From contig JAQFVV010000006.1 in the NCBI GenBank assembly GCA_028023455.1, forward strand, positions 5,890,001-5,954,000: 64,000 nt of DNA, read 5' to 3'. Numbering within the stretch: the first letter of the stretch is position 1; every line of letters begins with the position of its first letter. Under the pieces are notes generated by a model, which made no database searches, had not been told where the DNA came from, and was given only the letters and a program-made list of their open reading frames with translations. Both the position numbers and the translations under genes were made by a program. Source of the stretch: Epiperipatus broadwayi (lineage: Eukaryota; Animalia; Onychophora). This document shows positions 61,875 to 64,000 of this stretch, piece by piece.

Positions 61875-62530
61875 AATAACTGAAACATAGGTTTATTATA
61901 TACCTGCATCAATACATGTAACATATAAGGTATATGAGCACAGACTTTCACACAAACCACCACTCACCACTCTATCTCAAATCTCTGATACACTTGAACA
62001 CATATATGTTGAAAAGATAAATAATCACCAATATACGTATTTCATGCTAAACCAGCACTCATCAGTTGGTCCAGATTATCATCTCTATACATATATGCAA
62101 TAAGTGCTCAGATATATATTAAGATAGACAATCTTCATACTTTAATGGACGGGCTTCAATCCACTCCACTCTGCAATTCTTCAACCATCCATCCAATTGA
62201 AAATCTGATGGAAATATTCAAAGGCCAACCCGGGGCCAGCATTCTTGTCATATTGTTGACCTAAAGTCAATCTGACCTCTCATGTACAGGACACAATCCA
62301 TTTAATACATATACAATGGATGGGCAGACATCTCTAATATGTAATAACTGAAACACAGGCTTATTATATACCTGTATCAATATATGTAATATATAGGATA
62401 TATGAGCACAGACTTTCACACAACCCACCACTCAATCTCAAATCACTGATACACTTGAACACATATATGTTGAAAAGATAAATAATCACCAATATACGTA
62501 TTTCATGCTAAACCAGCAATCGTCAGTTAA
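61875..62530 (-). mobile_element. Family B1 tandem 1.4-mer (monomer 461-469 bp) with two HHR motifs
   Basis: 61875-62070 and 62344-62530 are direct repeats; predicted cleavage sites at 62032 and 62493. Confidence 0.9.
62027..62070 (-). ncRNA. Minimal type I hammerhead ribozyme, intact core, sense to the MMP pre-mRNA
   Basis: ACCAA / CTGATGA / GTGCT-ggttt-AGCAT / GAAA-T-acgt-ATA / TTGGT on the minus strand. Confidence 0.75.
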
Positions 62531-62919
62531 TACGGAACAACAATATACATGAACTCTCACATGCCTACAATATGCTTCCATGAGCAGTTTTCTTTGCTTA
62601 TCTGATATTTATTAATTACTCAAAGTTACAACAGATTTGAACTCAAGTTGTTAAAAAATGATAGACCAATGCACTAATATTTCCACAACAATGCCACATA
62701 CACATTTTTGTGATTATCAGTGCATCTTTCACATTAGATCAATCGCATCACAACCATCTATTGTTGATGCCCAAAATTCAGACCAACCTCCCTCACTTGT
62801 GGATACATTTTGAAATATCACTTCACTTTAATACAATTTTTTTTAGATATACTTTAACTACAGAAATATATATTTTATATAATTCAAACTTCTATTCCAC
62901 CACACATTCCTTAAACATA

Positions 62920-63255
62920 TGTATGAAGACATATGAAAAAGAAAATGATCCCCAAGATGTGTGTTTTGAGCTGACTAGCACTCATCAGGTGATCTCTTAC
63001 CCTTTTTATCATTTATTTAATATTATATAGAACACAATTTACTGTAGTTTAATTACAGGTATCAAACTTCCTTTACTCACAGTTGTAATTTAACTTCATA
63101 CATTCATTTTTAAAGATATACTTTAACTTTCTATATGAATATTTCAAACTTTTATTTCAACATACGTTCCTGAAACACATGACCACAGACATGTGACAAT
63201 GATCCTCAAGATGCACATTTCATGCTTAAACAGTGCTCATCAGTTGGCTCATAAC
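62920..63255 (-). mobile_element. Family B2-like tandem dimer (period about 253 bp), decayed HHRs
   Basis: atcc.caagatg...gcactcatcag near 62950-62990 and atcctcaagatg...gctcatcagttgg near 63203-63250. Confidence 0.7.
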
Positions 63256-63389
63256 AAAAATCATGAATTACTTTCCTATATAAACCAAAAGCTATATATA
63301 TATAGTTATAGTCTTGAACAGGAATGGATTTTCTTCTCGTTACTGTCGCTACAAATATCTTGAATTACTTTTCGGTATAAATTACGAAG

Positions 63390-63505
63390 AATTTGAACTC
63401 AGACTTTCAAGTTCCTTCAGCTATCCACTTCATCTTCTACAACCAATACACATGACCACATACATGTGAAAACGATAAATGATCTCCAATATACATATTT
63501 CAGTA
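63390..63505 (-). mobile_element. Family B1 3' part, truncated inside the HHR
   Basis: gaatttgaactcagactttcaa ... gataaatgatctccaatatacatatttc. Confidence 0.7.
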
Positions 63506-64000
63506 TATAAATAATCTAAAGTATATATTTGCGCTTAATAAGAATTAATATTTACAAGTTTATTTTAGATTAAATCTTTTCTTTCCTTGCATTATTATCT
63601 TCCTGTTTTCAACCGGTTCCCCTCCTCTCCATTCATTGCAGAAACAAATTTTTAGAATGCTTTACCATATCCAATTCAGTTCTCCTTATAATTCTTTACC
63701 TAGCTTTCATAGCTGATCAGATATTTTAAGTACACGGCTATGACAATCAATTAGAGCGTCCTCTAGCGTTCATTATTATACTAATTTTGAAAAGAGCAAC
63801 TAATGGGTTAAGTATTGATTTATTTGGGCAGAGTTTTTCTGTTTTTTATCTATGTGAATGAGATTTTAACTTAATCTTTAATCTTATTAGAAACTCTAAT
63901 TCTTCTCTTTTTTTGAAATCCAAAACTGAAGATCAAATGTATGCACACACGTAAATAACATGTACATAAGAGTAATTTCAAGTTAAAGTAAAATAATAAT

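Noticed and set aside
639-63030. The supplied six-frame ORFs as host genes
   Set aside because: They are short, low-complexity, AT-driven or antisense shadows of repeats (for example 18208-18507, 34829-35104, 36970-37200, 40091-40372, 44220-44426, 56295-56519). Only TE-derived ones show recognisable motifs.
60952-64000. Upstream catalytic or prodomain exons (PRCG, HGD, AHFD)
   Set aside because: No matching exon found; the region is filled by family B repeats and a probable LINE 3' fragment.

Overview
AT-rich eukaryotic DNA, probably from an invertebrate or arthropod (inference). The only host gene I can support is a minus-strand matrix metalloproteinase of the arthropod Mmp2 type. Two exons are visible: the zinc-binding catalytic exon (60811-60951, [11 protein letters not shown] plus Met-turn) and the proline-rich hinge/first hemopexin exon (14106-14383). 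They are phase-compatible across an intron of about 46.4 kb, so essentially the whole window is MMP intron. None of the supplied ORFs is an intact gene; several are decayed retroelement pieces (Penelope GIY-YIG, RTE, L1/Tx1, a CCHC-tailed LINE). The main unexplained signal is about 30 hand-recognised copies of short elements carrying minimal type I hammerhead-ribozyme (HHR) motifs, in at least four families. These have monomers of about 140-470 bp, tandem head-to-tail arrays, and 5'-inverted arms in which one arm carries a 35-50 nt tail, as Penelope-like elements do. One family is a tRNA-head plus HHR chimera, and another carries a CTCF-like motif. I read this as a retrozyme-like, Penelope-mobilised system. 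There are also three related long fold-back elements, Tc1/pogo-type MITEs, tRNA-Gly-derived SINEs and a LINE ORF2 remnant with a five-fold 53-codon internal repeat. Repeat boundaries are read by eye and may be off by about 10-30 bp; exon and HHR coordinates were counted base by base.
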